A DNA stretch of 61,542 bases, filler included, from Jimgerdemannia flammicorona (lineage: Eukaryota), in assembly GCA_003990765.1 (NCBI GenBank). It is 2 parts of 2 records of this genome, joined end to end, with 100 filler letters (N's around TTAATTAATTAA, not from the genome) between each part and the next. Parts side by side here need not be neighbours in the genome. Positions count along the whole stretch, not along the records: positions 30,823 to 61,542 come from RBNJ01000429.1; 1 more part is not named here. One strand, written 5' to 3'. Positions 38,740-50,496 of the stretch are shown here, in pieces; positions within the stretch are counted from its first letter, which is position 1; the number at the start of each line of letters is the position of its first letter. The position numbers were made by a program, and so were the translations under genes. Below the pieces are notes generated by a model that searched no databases, was not told the DNA's origin, and saw only the letters and a program-made list of their open reading frames with translations.

Positions 38740-41700
38740 TTGATTTCATCATACAGTCACATTCAATGCTTACACAGTTCTGAGATACCTTAGAGATTCA
38801 GCTCAGTAAAGGTCGTGCTCTGCTTCAGAGATTCAACTAGGACACGTGCCCCCTCGTCGCTGATGCTGTTGCCTGAACATGAACAAAGGATATATGTGCA
38901 AACATGCACAGATAGTTAGCTTGATTCCATCATGCAGCCGCACACAATACTTCACACATTCCGACATACCGTCGAGATTCAGCTCTGTCAAGGTCACGTT
39001 CTGATTCAGCAAAACGGCTAGGGCGCGTGCACCCTCGTCACCAATGCTGTTGTCTGAACATGAACAGGGGATTGTTGAGAAAACACGCACAGATCGTTAA
39101 CTTGATTCCATCATACTGCCAGCTTCACATATTTCCAACATACTTCCGAGATTCAGCTCAGTAAAAGTCGTGTTCTGCTTCAGAGACTCGGCTAGGGCAC
39201 GTGCCCCCTCGTCGCCGACACTGTTATCTGGGGGTGGATGAGCAAACATGCACAGATCATTAGTTTGTTTCCACACGCAGCCATACACAATGCTTCACAT
39301 TGTTCCGACGTACCAAAGAGATTCAGCTCAGTTAAGGTCGTGTTTTGTTTCAGAGACTCGGCTAGGGCGCGTGCCCCCTCGTCGTTGATGCTGTTGTTTG
39401 AACATGAACAGAGCAAACACACACAGATCGTTAGTTTGATTCCATCTCGCAGCCACACACAATGCTTCACACAGTTCCCACACACTTCTGAGATTCAGCT
39501 TGGTTATGGTTGTGTTCTGCTTCAGAGACTCGGCTAGGGCGCGTGCCCCCTCGTCGCCAATACTGTTTTCTGAAAACGAACAAAGGATGGATGAATAAAC
39601 AGGCAGAGATCATTAGCTTGATTCCAACACGCAGTCGCACACAATGCTTCACACAATTCTGACATACCTTCGAGGTTCAGTTCTGTAAAGATCGTGTTCT
39701 GCTTCAGAGACTCGGCTAGGGCACGTGCCCCCTCGTCGCCGATGCTGTTGTCTGAACATGAACAAGGGATGGATGAGCAAACACGCACAGATTGTTGGCT
39801 TGATTTCGTCACTTAGCCGCACACACTTTCACACAGTTCCGACATACCTTCGAGAATCAGCTCGGTCAAGGTCATGTTCTGCTTCAGAGACTCGGCTAAG
39901 GTGCGTGCCCCCTCGTCGCCAATGCTGTTGCCTGAACATGAACAGGGGATGAATAAGAAAACATGCACAAATCGTTAGTTTGATTCCATCATGCAGCCGC
40001 ACAAAATGCTTCGATATACTTTTGAGATTCAGCTCGGTCAAGGTTGTGTTCTGCTTCAGAGTCTCGGCTAGGGCGTGTGCCCCCTCATCGCCAATGCTGT
40101 TGTCTAAACAGGAATAGGAGATGGATAAGCAAACACGCAAAGATAGTTAGCTTGATTCCATCACGTAGCTGCACACAATGCTTGACACACTTCTGACATA
40201 CCTTCGAGATTCAGCTCGGTCAAGGTCGTGTTCTGCTTCAGAGACTCAGCTATGGCACGCGCCCCCTCGTCGCCGATGCTGTTGCCTGAACATGAACAGA
40301 GGATGGATGAGAAAATACCAATAGATCTTTAACCTGATTCCATCAATTAGTCACACACATTGCTTCACAGCTCCGACATACCTTCGAGATTCAGCTCGGT
40401 CAAGGTCGTGTTCTGCTTTAGAGATTCAGCTAGGGCGCGTGCCCCCTCGTTACCGACGCTGTTGTCTGAACAAACAGGAGATGGATAAGAAAACACACAC
40501 AAATCATTAGCTTGATTCCATCGCGCAGCCGCACACAATGCTTCTCAAAGTTCTGACATACCTTCGAGATTCAGCTGGGTCAAGGTCGTGTTCTGCTTCA
40601 GAAACTCGGCTAGGGCATGTGCCCCCTCGGCGCCAATGCCGTTGCCTGAACAAACACGCACAGATCGTTAGTTTTATTCCATCACGCAGCCGCACACAAT
40701 GCTTTACACAGCTCCGACATACAGAAGAGATCCAGCTCGGTCAAGGCCGTGTCCTGATTCAGATACTCGGCTAGGGCGCGTGCCCCCTCGTTGCCGATGT
40801 CATTGCCTGAACAAGCACTGATCATTAGCTTGGTTCCACCACGCAGCCGCACACAATTCTTCCCACAGTTCTGGCATACTTTGGAGAATCAGCTCGGTCA
40901 AGGCCGTGTTCTGCTTCAGAGACTCGGCTAGGGCGCGAGCCCCCTCAGCGCCGATGCCATTGGCTAAACATAGATAACAAACACACAGATCGTTAGCTTG
41001 ATTCCATCATGCGGCGGCAACAATACTTGACACAGTTCCGACATACAGAAGAGAGTCAACTTGGTCAAGGTCATGTCTTGCTTCAGAGACTCGGCTAGGG
41101 CACGTGCCCTCTCGTTGCCGAGGTCATCGTCTGAACATGGGATGAGTGAACAAGCACTGATCGTTAGCTCGATTCAATCACACAGCCACACACAATGCTT
41201 CACACAATTCCGATATACTAATGAGATTCATCTCGGTTAAGGTCTCATTCTGCTTCAGAGACTCGGCTAGGGCGCATGCCCCCTTGATGCTGATGATGTT
41301 TTCTGAACATGAACAGGGGAAGAATTAGCAAAACACCCACAGATCGTTAGCTTGATTCCATCATACAGCCGCACACAATGCTTCACACTGTTCCGACTTA
41401 CCGGAGAGATTCAGCTCGGTCAAGATCGTGTTCTGCTTCAGAGATTCGGCTAGGGCGCATGACCCCTCGTTGCCGATGTCATTGGCTGAACATGAACAGG
41501 GGATAGATGAGTGAACAAGCACTGATCGTTAGCTTGATGCCATCATGCAGCCGCACACAATGCTTTATACAGTTCCGATATACCATAGAGATTCAGCCTG
41601 GTCAAGGTCGTGTTCTGCTTCAGAGACTCGGCTAGGGCATGTGCCCCCTCATCACCGATGCTGTTGTCTGAACATGAACAGGGGATGGATGAGCAAACAC

Positions 41701-44255
41701 GCTTGATTCCATCATGCAGCCGCACACAATGCTTCATACAGTCTCGACATACCTTCGAGACTCAGCTCGGTCAAGGTCGTGTCCTGCTTCAGAGACTCAG
41801 CTAGAGCGCGTGCCCCCTCGTCGCCGATGATGTTGCCTGAACATGAACAGGGGATGGATGAGCGAACATGCACAAATCGTTAGCTTGATTCCATCATGCA
41901 GACGCAGGCACACAATACTTCACACAGTTCCGACATACGTCTGAGATTCAGCTTGTTCAAAGTCGTGTTCTGCTTCAGAGACTCAGCTAGGGCGCGTGAG
42001 CCCCCGATACCAATGTGGTTGTCTGAACATGAACAGGGGATGGATGAGAAAATACGCACAGATCGTTAGCTTGATTCCATCACGCAGTCGCACACATTGC
42101 TTCGACATACCCTCGAGATTCAGTTCGGTCAAGTTTGTGTTCTGCTTCAGAGACTCGGCTAGGGCGCGCGCCCCCTCGGTGTTGATATTGCCGTCTGATC
42201 ATGAACAGTGGATGGATGAGCAAACACACATTGATTTGTGCAGCCGCACAAAATGCTTCACATACAGGATAGATCCAGCTTGGCCAAGGTCGTGTTCTGC
42301 TTCAGAGACTCGGCTATGGTACGTGCCCCCTCGTCGCCGATACTGTTGCCTGAACATGAACAGGGGATGGATTAGCAAACACGCACAGATTCTTAGCTTG
42401 ATTCCGTCACGCAGCCGCACACAATGTTTCACACAATTCCGACATACCTGTGAGATTCAGCTCAGTCAAGGTTGTATTTCGCTTCAGATAGTCGGCTAGG
42501 GCGGGTGTTCCCTCGTCGCCGATGTTGTTGCCTGAACATGAACAAGGGATGGATAAGAAAACAAGCAAAAATCGTTAACGCGATTCCATCACGCAGCCGT
42601 ACACATTGCTTCACACAGTTCCGACATACAGGAGAGATTCAGCTCGGTCAAGGAGGTGTTCTGATTCAGAGATTCGCCTAGGGCGCGTGCCCCCTCGTGG
42701 CCGATGCCGTTGTCTAAACATGAACAGGAGATGGATGAGCAAACACGCACAGATCGTTAGCTTTATTCCATCACACAGCCGCACACAATGTTTCACACAG
42801 TTCCGACATACATCTGAGATTCAGCTCGGTCATGGTAGTATTCTGCTTCAGAGACTCGGCTAGGGCGCGTGTCCTCTCGGCGCCGATGTTGTTGTCTAAA
42901 CATGAACAGGGGATGGATAAGCAAATACGCACAGATCGTTAGCTTGATTCCATCTCGTGGCCGCACGCAATGCTTCACACAGTTCCGATATACTTGTGAG
43001 ATTCAGCTTGGTCAAGGTCGTGTTCTGCTTCAGAACTTCGGCTAGGGCGTGTGACCCATCGGTACCGATGCTGTTGTCTGGGTATGGACAGGGGTGGGGT
43101 AGGCGGGCACGCGCAGTTAGATTGATTCCCACACAATGCTTCACAAAGTTCTGACATACCTTCAAGATTCAGCTCGGTTAAGGTCGTGTTCTGCTTCAGA
43201 GACTCGGCTAGGGCGCGTGACCCCTCGCCGCCGATTCTATTGTCTGAACATGAACAAGGGATGGATAAGCAATATGCACAGATCGTTAGTTTGATTCCAT
43301 CACGCAGCCGCTCACAATACGTCACACATACCTCCGAGATTCAGCTCTGTCAAGGTCGTGTTCTGCTTCAGAGACTCAGCGAGGGCGCGTGCCCCCTTCT
43401 TGCCGATGCCGTTGTCTGAACATGAAGAGGGGATAGATAGTAAACACACACAGATCGTTAGCTTGATTCCAGCAGCTGTACACAATGCTTCACACAGTTC
43501 CGACATACCTTCGAGATTCAGCTCGGTCAAGGTCGTGTTTTGTCTCAGAAACTCGGCTACAGCGCGTGCCCCCTCGTCGCCGATGCTATTGTCTGAACAT
43601 TAACAGGGGGTGAATGAGCAAACACGCACAGATCGTTAGCTTGATTCCATCATGCAACAGCACACAGTGTTTCCAACAATCCCAACATGCTTTTGAGATT
43701 CAGCTCGTGTTCTGCTTCAGAGACTCGGCTAGGGCGAGTGCCCCGTCGTAGCCGATGCTGTTATCTGAACATAAACAGGGGATGGATGAGCAAACACACA
43801 GATCGTTAAATTGGTTTCATCACACAACGCACACACAGTTCCGACATACCTTCAAGATTCAGCTTGGTCATGGTCGTGTTCTCCTTCAGAGACATGGCTA
43901 GGGTGCGTGCCCCATTCTCGTGAATCTTATTCCCTTTAAACCGGAGAGGAGATACAAATGTCTTTAACCTGATTCCATCAAGTAGCCACACACAATGCTT
44001 CACACAGTTCTAGCATACCAGAGAAATTCAGTTCGATCAAGGTCTTGTTCTGCTTCAGAGACTCGGCAAGGGCTCCTGCCTCCTCGTCGCCAATGTCAGT
44101 CGCTGAAGGTGAATAATGAATGAGGAACACCCGTAATATATGGACGATTCCATCAGATAGCTCTGACATACCACTGAGATTCAATTTCGTCAAGGTTGTG
44201 TTTTGCTTTAGAGACTCGGCTAATGTACGAATGAACAGAATGCCAATGCTATTTC
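38740..44255 (-). repeat. Tandem array of 32 exon+intron units (~155-186 nt); each exon is one LRR, consensus xNSIGDEGARALAESLKQNTTLTELNLx
   Basis: 31 exons are 84 nt (e.g. 43592-43509, 42895-42812, 41667-41584, 40285-40202, 39053-38970) and one is 74 nt. Introns are homologous to each other: GTATGTCGGAAC...GCTAAC...ATGTTCAG. Confidence 0.93.
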
Positions 44256-46271
44256 CTGATATTATAATATATATATATAAGTGAGCACAATTAGATGTTA
44301 AACATGCTGTGATGCACCAGTTTCAAATAATATTAGATAGAAATGTTGACACACTGGAGAGATCGAGCTTGATCACGTTTGTATTCTGCGCCAGAAACTG
44401 AACGAGAACGCTCGCTGCTCCTGCTCCATCGTTAACATTCTTTCCTGAACATAACAGAAGCACAGTAGATAGACATATATAACACATTTATTTTCTTAAC
44501 AATATTTCACAAATTTTTTTAGCATACCAGATAGATTCAGCTCATGCGAGGTCATGTTTCGCTCGAGGCTTTCTGCTACAATGTCAGCCCTTCCACCGGT
44601 CGTACTTTCTTAAGATAAATGGAGAGTTAGTAGATTCGGACAGACCATAAACTTGATTAGATGACACGACTGCAAAACAAAGGTTTGCCCAATTCTGACG
44701 TACGAAGTGTGTTTTTCTGAAGCTCAGTGAAGTCGTCGGGCTCGCCCACGCCGGCGCTTTTCTCTGAACATAAATGAATGATTAATAAGCAGCTTACTGT
44801 GAGAAATTTTGGTATGCCAACCCGGCAGTTGGCTGTCTCTCATCCACCTGAATGATGCAGCATGGAACAAGAACGCGAATTCCCACCAGTTGAAAAATGT
44901 GAATACGGAATCACGTTCCCAGGATCGCTACATACCTAGATTTGGCTGATGATTGAGACTTTCAAGCACCGCTCTCGCATGACGTTCTGTAATTTTTTGA
45001 AGATGATGGTTCGTGTAGAATTTGCTTCCGGTATGTAAGACGCTCGGTCCTTCGAAGAATTCGAAACTGTCGCTGGTACTGCTGATCAGCTCTTGCCCGT
45101 CGATTATTGATAAAAGATTGCGTTTCCGGCGAAAATGGCACCTTCGCAATTGCAAGTGCTTGTAAAACTTGATCTTCCATAATTGGTGGCAAGGAAGAAG
45201 GAATGGCAGCCAAACCAGCTGCACATTCGATTAAACGATTGCAGACTTCACGGGCGCTCGGTCGCCGGTTTGGGTCAATGTGCCAGCAGCTCCGAATGAT
45301 ATTGTTATATGCTGTAGGCGCACCAGGGATCAAGTCGTCGCGAAGGCCATCGGGTTTGCTGGCGGCAGCCATTGATACGGTGCCATGGGGTGGGACGCCG
45401 ACGACTAGCTGCCACAGCAGAGTTCCCAAGCAGTACACATCCGAATCTTTTGTATACGGCTTGTTCTCAAACATCTCTGGAGGGAAGTATTCAAGCCGGC
45501 CGTAAACTCCTTCTTCAGAATATTCTTGTTCCACAGAACGGCTAAGTCCAACATCAATCAAGAGTGCAGTGTAAGATTTGTGGAATACTACATTGCCCGC
45601 GTGAAGATCCTTATGGCTGAATCCCATATCGTGGAGACTGGTCAAGCGATTGGCAAGCTTTATAGCATATGTCAAAGCGGTGTACCAATCACCATCTTGT
45701 GCGCAAGGCTGCTTCTCGAGAGTGCCGATGTCAGCAAAATGCATGATCATCAGATACTCTTTGGTAATGGGGTGTTTTGACAAAGCAATAATATTCATTG
45801 TAGGGGGGTTGCTGGTGTCATTTCCGCAGTAGCTCAAATAGACATTCAGTACTAACTGTATAGGTAGATGAAGATGTAGCAATGTTACTGGAAATATAAC
45901 TTTTCTGGAAACATTATATGCAATTATATTACACTCACCTCTTCGACCATTGACAATTTCAATTCTTTGGCAGCCACCTTGTACCAAATGTTAGATAACC
46001 AAACCTCTGCCTGGTAAACTTTGGCAAACCCGCCTTGCGCAAGCGGCTTCAAATTTCGAAGATATAGGGGCTGAACCCAGGCAAGATATGGCTCCAGCTG
46101 TGACACGCCCAAGGCGGCGAGGCAGGCACGAAGTTGTAGGCCATCACGGAGTTCCTCGTTAAAATCATGGCGATTCTTCCATGCCAAGATGTCTGTTTGG
46201 TGGGCTCTGTGCAGTTGTTCCCAGGGCTTGATTCGGTCCAACAGGTTCTTTTGGTTTGTATTGGCTGACAT
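38789..46271 (-). CDS. Tyrosine-kinase-like protein kinase followed by a long RI/NLRC3-type LRR array (~37 exons); as assembled it carries a +1 frameshift after the kinase domain
   Basis: Exon 1 46271-45939 (LAQGGFAKVY, VAAKEL). Exon 2 45855-44936 (HKDLHAGN, IDVGLS, YFPPE, SDVYCLG, CWHIDPNRRP; frameshift ~45093). Then phase-1 exons 44763-44704, 44608-44528, 44444-44355 and 32 LRR exons from 44255-44172 to 38872-38789; the last ends in TAA. Confidence 0.75.
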
Positions 46272-46687
46272 ATTCGTAGGGATATTTTTGACGCAAAAAC
46301 GATTTCGGTGTATTTTTATAATTATCACATGATACAAGGAACGTGGTCTTGTGGCTGAAGTTGTCCGATCAACCCGCCTCCCGCGACACACAACCCGTCC
46401 ATCTCTTGCGCGATCGTAATGCCGACCGCAAATATAATGCCAACTTCATGACCGTGAACGAAGATCGCTCATTTGAACGGGTATGTATCAGCTGAGAATC
46501 GGTAGAAATAGTTAGAAGGACTTGGGAGACCCCGCATGTCACCCTTCCCTTACTGTTTCGTTTCATGTTGATGTCCAGCCCCAACTTCACGAAAAGAATC
46601 ACTCTCGAGCTCTACTCTTCGGCCTTGACAGGTTGCTTTATTAAATTTTCTTGGCCCAGGTTGGTGATGACAGCCATTTTGTAACCC

Positions 46688-46690
<3 letters not shown>

Positions 46691-46760
<70 letters not shown>
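46691..46760. repeat. Poly-T tract, 70 nt
   Basis: Read directly from the sequence. Confidence 0.95.
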
Positions 46761-48599
46761 CGTTTTTTCAGACGTTGAACAATGGATACGCAAAAGCCAA
46801 CGGGTGACATCCCAGAGGAGGTGTTTCAGAAACTTGATTATGCAAGTAAGTACAATGCTAGCTTCGGATAGTATAGGTTGCTGGTTAAGCATTCTCACAC
46901 CAAAGTTTGATCTTGTTTTTTCTTCCACTAGGTTTTGGAAGCGCTCGTACCTCCTCTGGGGTGTGTCTAGCTGGAACACATTCTATTGCATACAAGTCAA
47001 GAAGGCAATGTTGATCACTTCTCATAGCGTCCTGCTAAAGGAACTCTGTGTCAACCAGGAGAATGTTACAAGCGGGACGAATGTTGACAAAAGGATTGTT
47101 GGCTTACGAAATGAATTAAATTTCAGTATTCTGGTATTCTGACAAAATTCTGATAATTCGAACCACACAGAATGATATCTTTGAGTGACTCTGTCACCTC
47201 AGCCCTAGGGGCTGAGGTGGGACGCGTCCACCGACCCACGACGCTGGGGGTTCGCGCGGGTTTTTTCCAATTGGGAGAAACACACACTACGATGTTATCA
47301 AGTGCACGGTTCCTGTCTACCATTTGCCGTGAATGGGAGCACCTGCGATGTCTTGGGGGAGCCACCAGCAGGTGCACTATGAGAACGCAACTGCTGATGA
47401 CAACGCAACTGCTGATGACAAATGCCAACGACTTCGATGGAGAAAGACCACGTGAGAGGATGAAGAATGACGAAAGCCAGCACTGCCGCAGCACAGGAAC
47501 CGACCGTATTGAAGAGGCTGGGCATCAGCACCATGAAGCGTGTTTACCAAAGAGCCATCTGCAATGAGAATAGTGGAAATCAGTAAGACAATCGCTGGCA
47601 AGATGAGGAATGGAAACCTGACAATCTTGGGAGCTTAAACAACGCAACCTCGACCACCGACTATATCTAACGCTCACACCACCCGCGTGTTAGTTTTTGG
47701 TTGACGTGTCGGATTTATGGTTATGGAAGAGCTCTGATTTTTATTGTTTATATTTATAAACATAGAAAGTATAAGCAAGTAAACCAACACTAAATTCTTC
47801 AGTCTGCGTAATGACTTTGGTAGGAACCTTGATATAGACCGGTTTTGCCCTTGCTCAAGGGGCTCATCAGTTGGCATAAGAAGCAACCAAGACCGGCGCG
47901 GCGCAGCGCGCCTCAGCGCGTCGCATCTCGCGCCGGTCAAAAATTATGTGAGTGGCCAGGTTCGAAAAAATAAAATAAAATAAAACCGGAAAACAGGTGA
48001 GTTCACAATACTCAGGGGAGTTCGTAATACTTACTTTGAGATAAATCAACCCAGCAGGCTCTTCCCCAACCCGCCAACACCTTCCAACGGACTGGTTCGG
48101 GGAATGACAGCCCGAAGTACACCTACCAATTCCGACACTAGAGGTGCCACCTTTTTTATAGTCCTAGCGGATGGACTGAACCAGCCTAGTGAGTTGTCCT
48201 ATTGACATGTCGAGGATTACCATCGTACCCACTGTAGGTGCCCATTGTTAGGTTTTGACGGGAAGGCGGAAGGAGAAGGTTGAGAGCTGTGGCTGTTGTG
48301 CTTTTAAGGTTGCGGAAAAAAAGTAATAAATAGTTTTATTTATATACACAAAAACGTATCTTTTAATTGGGACAAGAATAAAAATATTACTATTATTCAA
48401 TTTTTTAAATATAATATATATATATATGTCTTCTTCAGAGGAATGAAAATTCTCAGCCTGATAATAGAGAGTTTTCATTACAAACATTTTCTGTCAAAAT
48501 TTACTTCAGACCAAATATTTGTCGCTTGTTGAAATGAAATTCTTTCAAGACCCCTCTCTGAAGTAAATGCTTTTCATTAATGTAGAGGATTCTACTCAA

Positions 48600-49750
48600 T
48601 ATTTTTTGGCCTCATTTATATCAGAAATATAAATACAGTATGTCTTACAATATACTCAGATATATAATTAAGCTAAGAGGTTTTGCAATATATATTAAAG
48701 CTATATTATGAACTGTTATTTATTAATTATATAATAATATAGTTGTATTATCATATTGTCACACTTATTATATATTATCTGGTTTATATTATATCAGTAC
48801 TATCCCTATACTAGTACTATCTCTAATATGTATATCTAATATATATAGATATTAGCTCATTATATTAAATAATAATGATTGTTATTTAATTTATAACAAC
48901 TCAGATAATAATAATATTTATAAAACATAAGAGCTGTACTTTATAACTATATATTTTTAGATATCAAAGAAGTTATATCTCTCTTTAAAAATAATGAAAA
49001 AAGTTATATATATTAGTAGAATTCTAAAAGAAATATTATCTTACTTAAGAAGATCTAGCTTTATCTATTCTTTACTACTTTATATGATTAAATTAAATTT
49101 ATTTAGAAAAAGTTGCTAATAGATTTAATACTATTATTAGAAAATATATAACTAATTACAGATATTAAAAAAGAAATTTGAAAAACTTATCATAATTTAG
49201 AAATTAGATAAAAAAGAATCTATTTATATATCTAATATAGAGTAAAAATATAATGAGTAAGAAATCTTTTAATAACTAATAGAATAATAAAAAGATACTT
49301 AAGTAGTTTATAAATTTGAAATTTAAAAAAAAATAAATAAGTAATAATTTCTTATTAAGTAAATAAATTTCAAAAAATATAGATAAAGCTAATATATAGT
49401 ACTAAGATAGATAAGATAGATAGAATAGATATAATAGATAAAAAAGATGAAATAGATAAAAATATATAATATAAGATAAGATAAATAAGATAAATAAGAT
49501 AGATAAGATAGATAAGATAGATAAGCTAGATAAAAAAGATAGGATAAATAAGATAAATAAGATAAAGAAGAAAAATTTAGTAAAAAAGAATTTAGTTTAA
49601 TAAAAAAAAGTAATCTATAGAGAAAACTTAGTAAAAAGACTTTAATAGAGTTGAGGAAATTTGAGATATATAAATAAGATAAGATAGATAAGATAGATAA
49701 GATGAGATAGTAAAATATAAGATGAATAAAATAGATAGTATTTTTAAACA
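48600..49750. repeat. AT-rich decayed repeat region with a degenerate GATAA/GATA microsatellite (49380-49740)
   Basis: CpG-free and TA-rich; gataaataagatagataa arrays. Confidence 0.55.
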
Positions 49751-50496
49751 GACTTGAAGTCCTACAGATTTTTATTAGAAGAGAACCTAGATTATATAGG
49801 CCAAAACCCTCCTCTATCATCCACCAAGCACTGCTCTCTTATTGAACCTAGGCTGGCTATTGTCCAGCAGCTCAACCATGTCAGATGCAGTAGGTCTAAT
49901 GTGGCCTATATCTCATTCTGTATACTATGCTCTCCCTACTATCAGAGAGAACCTGACCATATACCAATGACTGAAAGTGTATACCTAAAACTCTAATATA
50001 TATATAAGACCACACCTGAGCTGAATAGAATAGCCCCTGCCACTCTAAGTAGAAGTGATAGGCAAAGAAAAAACTCTTCTCAAGATATAAAATAGTAGAT
50101 AGAGCCTGGTTTTCCCAAGTAAGGTGAGTAGAGGACTTATATATAAAGTGAGAAGAGACCCCCAATATCCCACTATTCAAACTTATAGGTCTCAATTATA
50201 TTGCTATATCAGCTCCTAGTTCTAGTTGAGTGTAGCTAAGATACCTGATCTGAGTAGTCTTAGGTCTCTTAGCTACTCTCAATAATTAGGACCCAATTCT
50301 ACAAATCATCAAAATTAGTCAAGAGTGATACCTACTACCTAACTACCCTATATCAATCAAAAGACCCCACTGAAGCAGCACCTGCCCAAGCCCCAATGAC
50401 TGCTCCCAGCCTGGTACCCTACTGGTCCACTATTATTATCCTTCTTTCTATCTCCAGAGGGTATGATTATTCATGGTATCCAGCAGATACTTGGCT

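Noticed and set aside
38740..44255. CRISPR-like or non-coding satellite appearance of the ~180-nt repeat
   Set aside because: The units are exon+intron pairs with splice signals and LRR coding; the 'spacers' are homologous to each other; the context is eukaryotic.
2390..46271. Kelch receptors and kinase-LRR as one linked signalling locus
   Set aside because: Attractive, but they lie on opposite sides of the artificial spacer and a TE nest, and nothing in the sequence shows functional coupling.
46550..47142. Poly-Lys and poly-Phe ORFs
   Set aside because: These are translations of the T70 homopolymer.
48052..48296. Possible structured RNA (several 6-7-bp complementary pairs, imperfectly complementary ends)
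   Set aside because: About two 7-bp matches are expected by chance in 250 nt, and no RNase P/MRP, SRP, snRNA or ribozyme consensus was recognised. Needs an Infernal search.
49754..50496. CpG-depleted segment preceding LINE C
   Set aside because: Probably TE-derived, but no motif or terminus could be identified.
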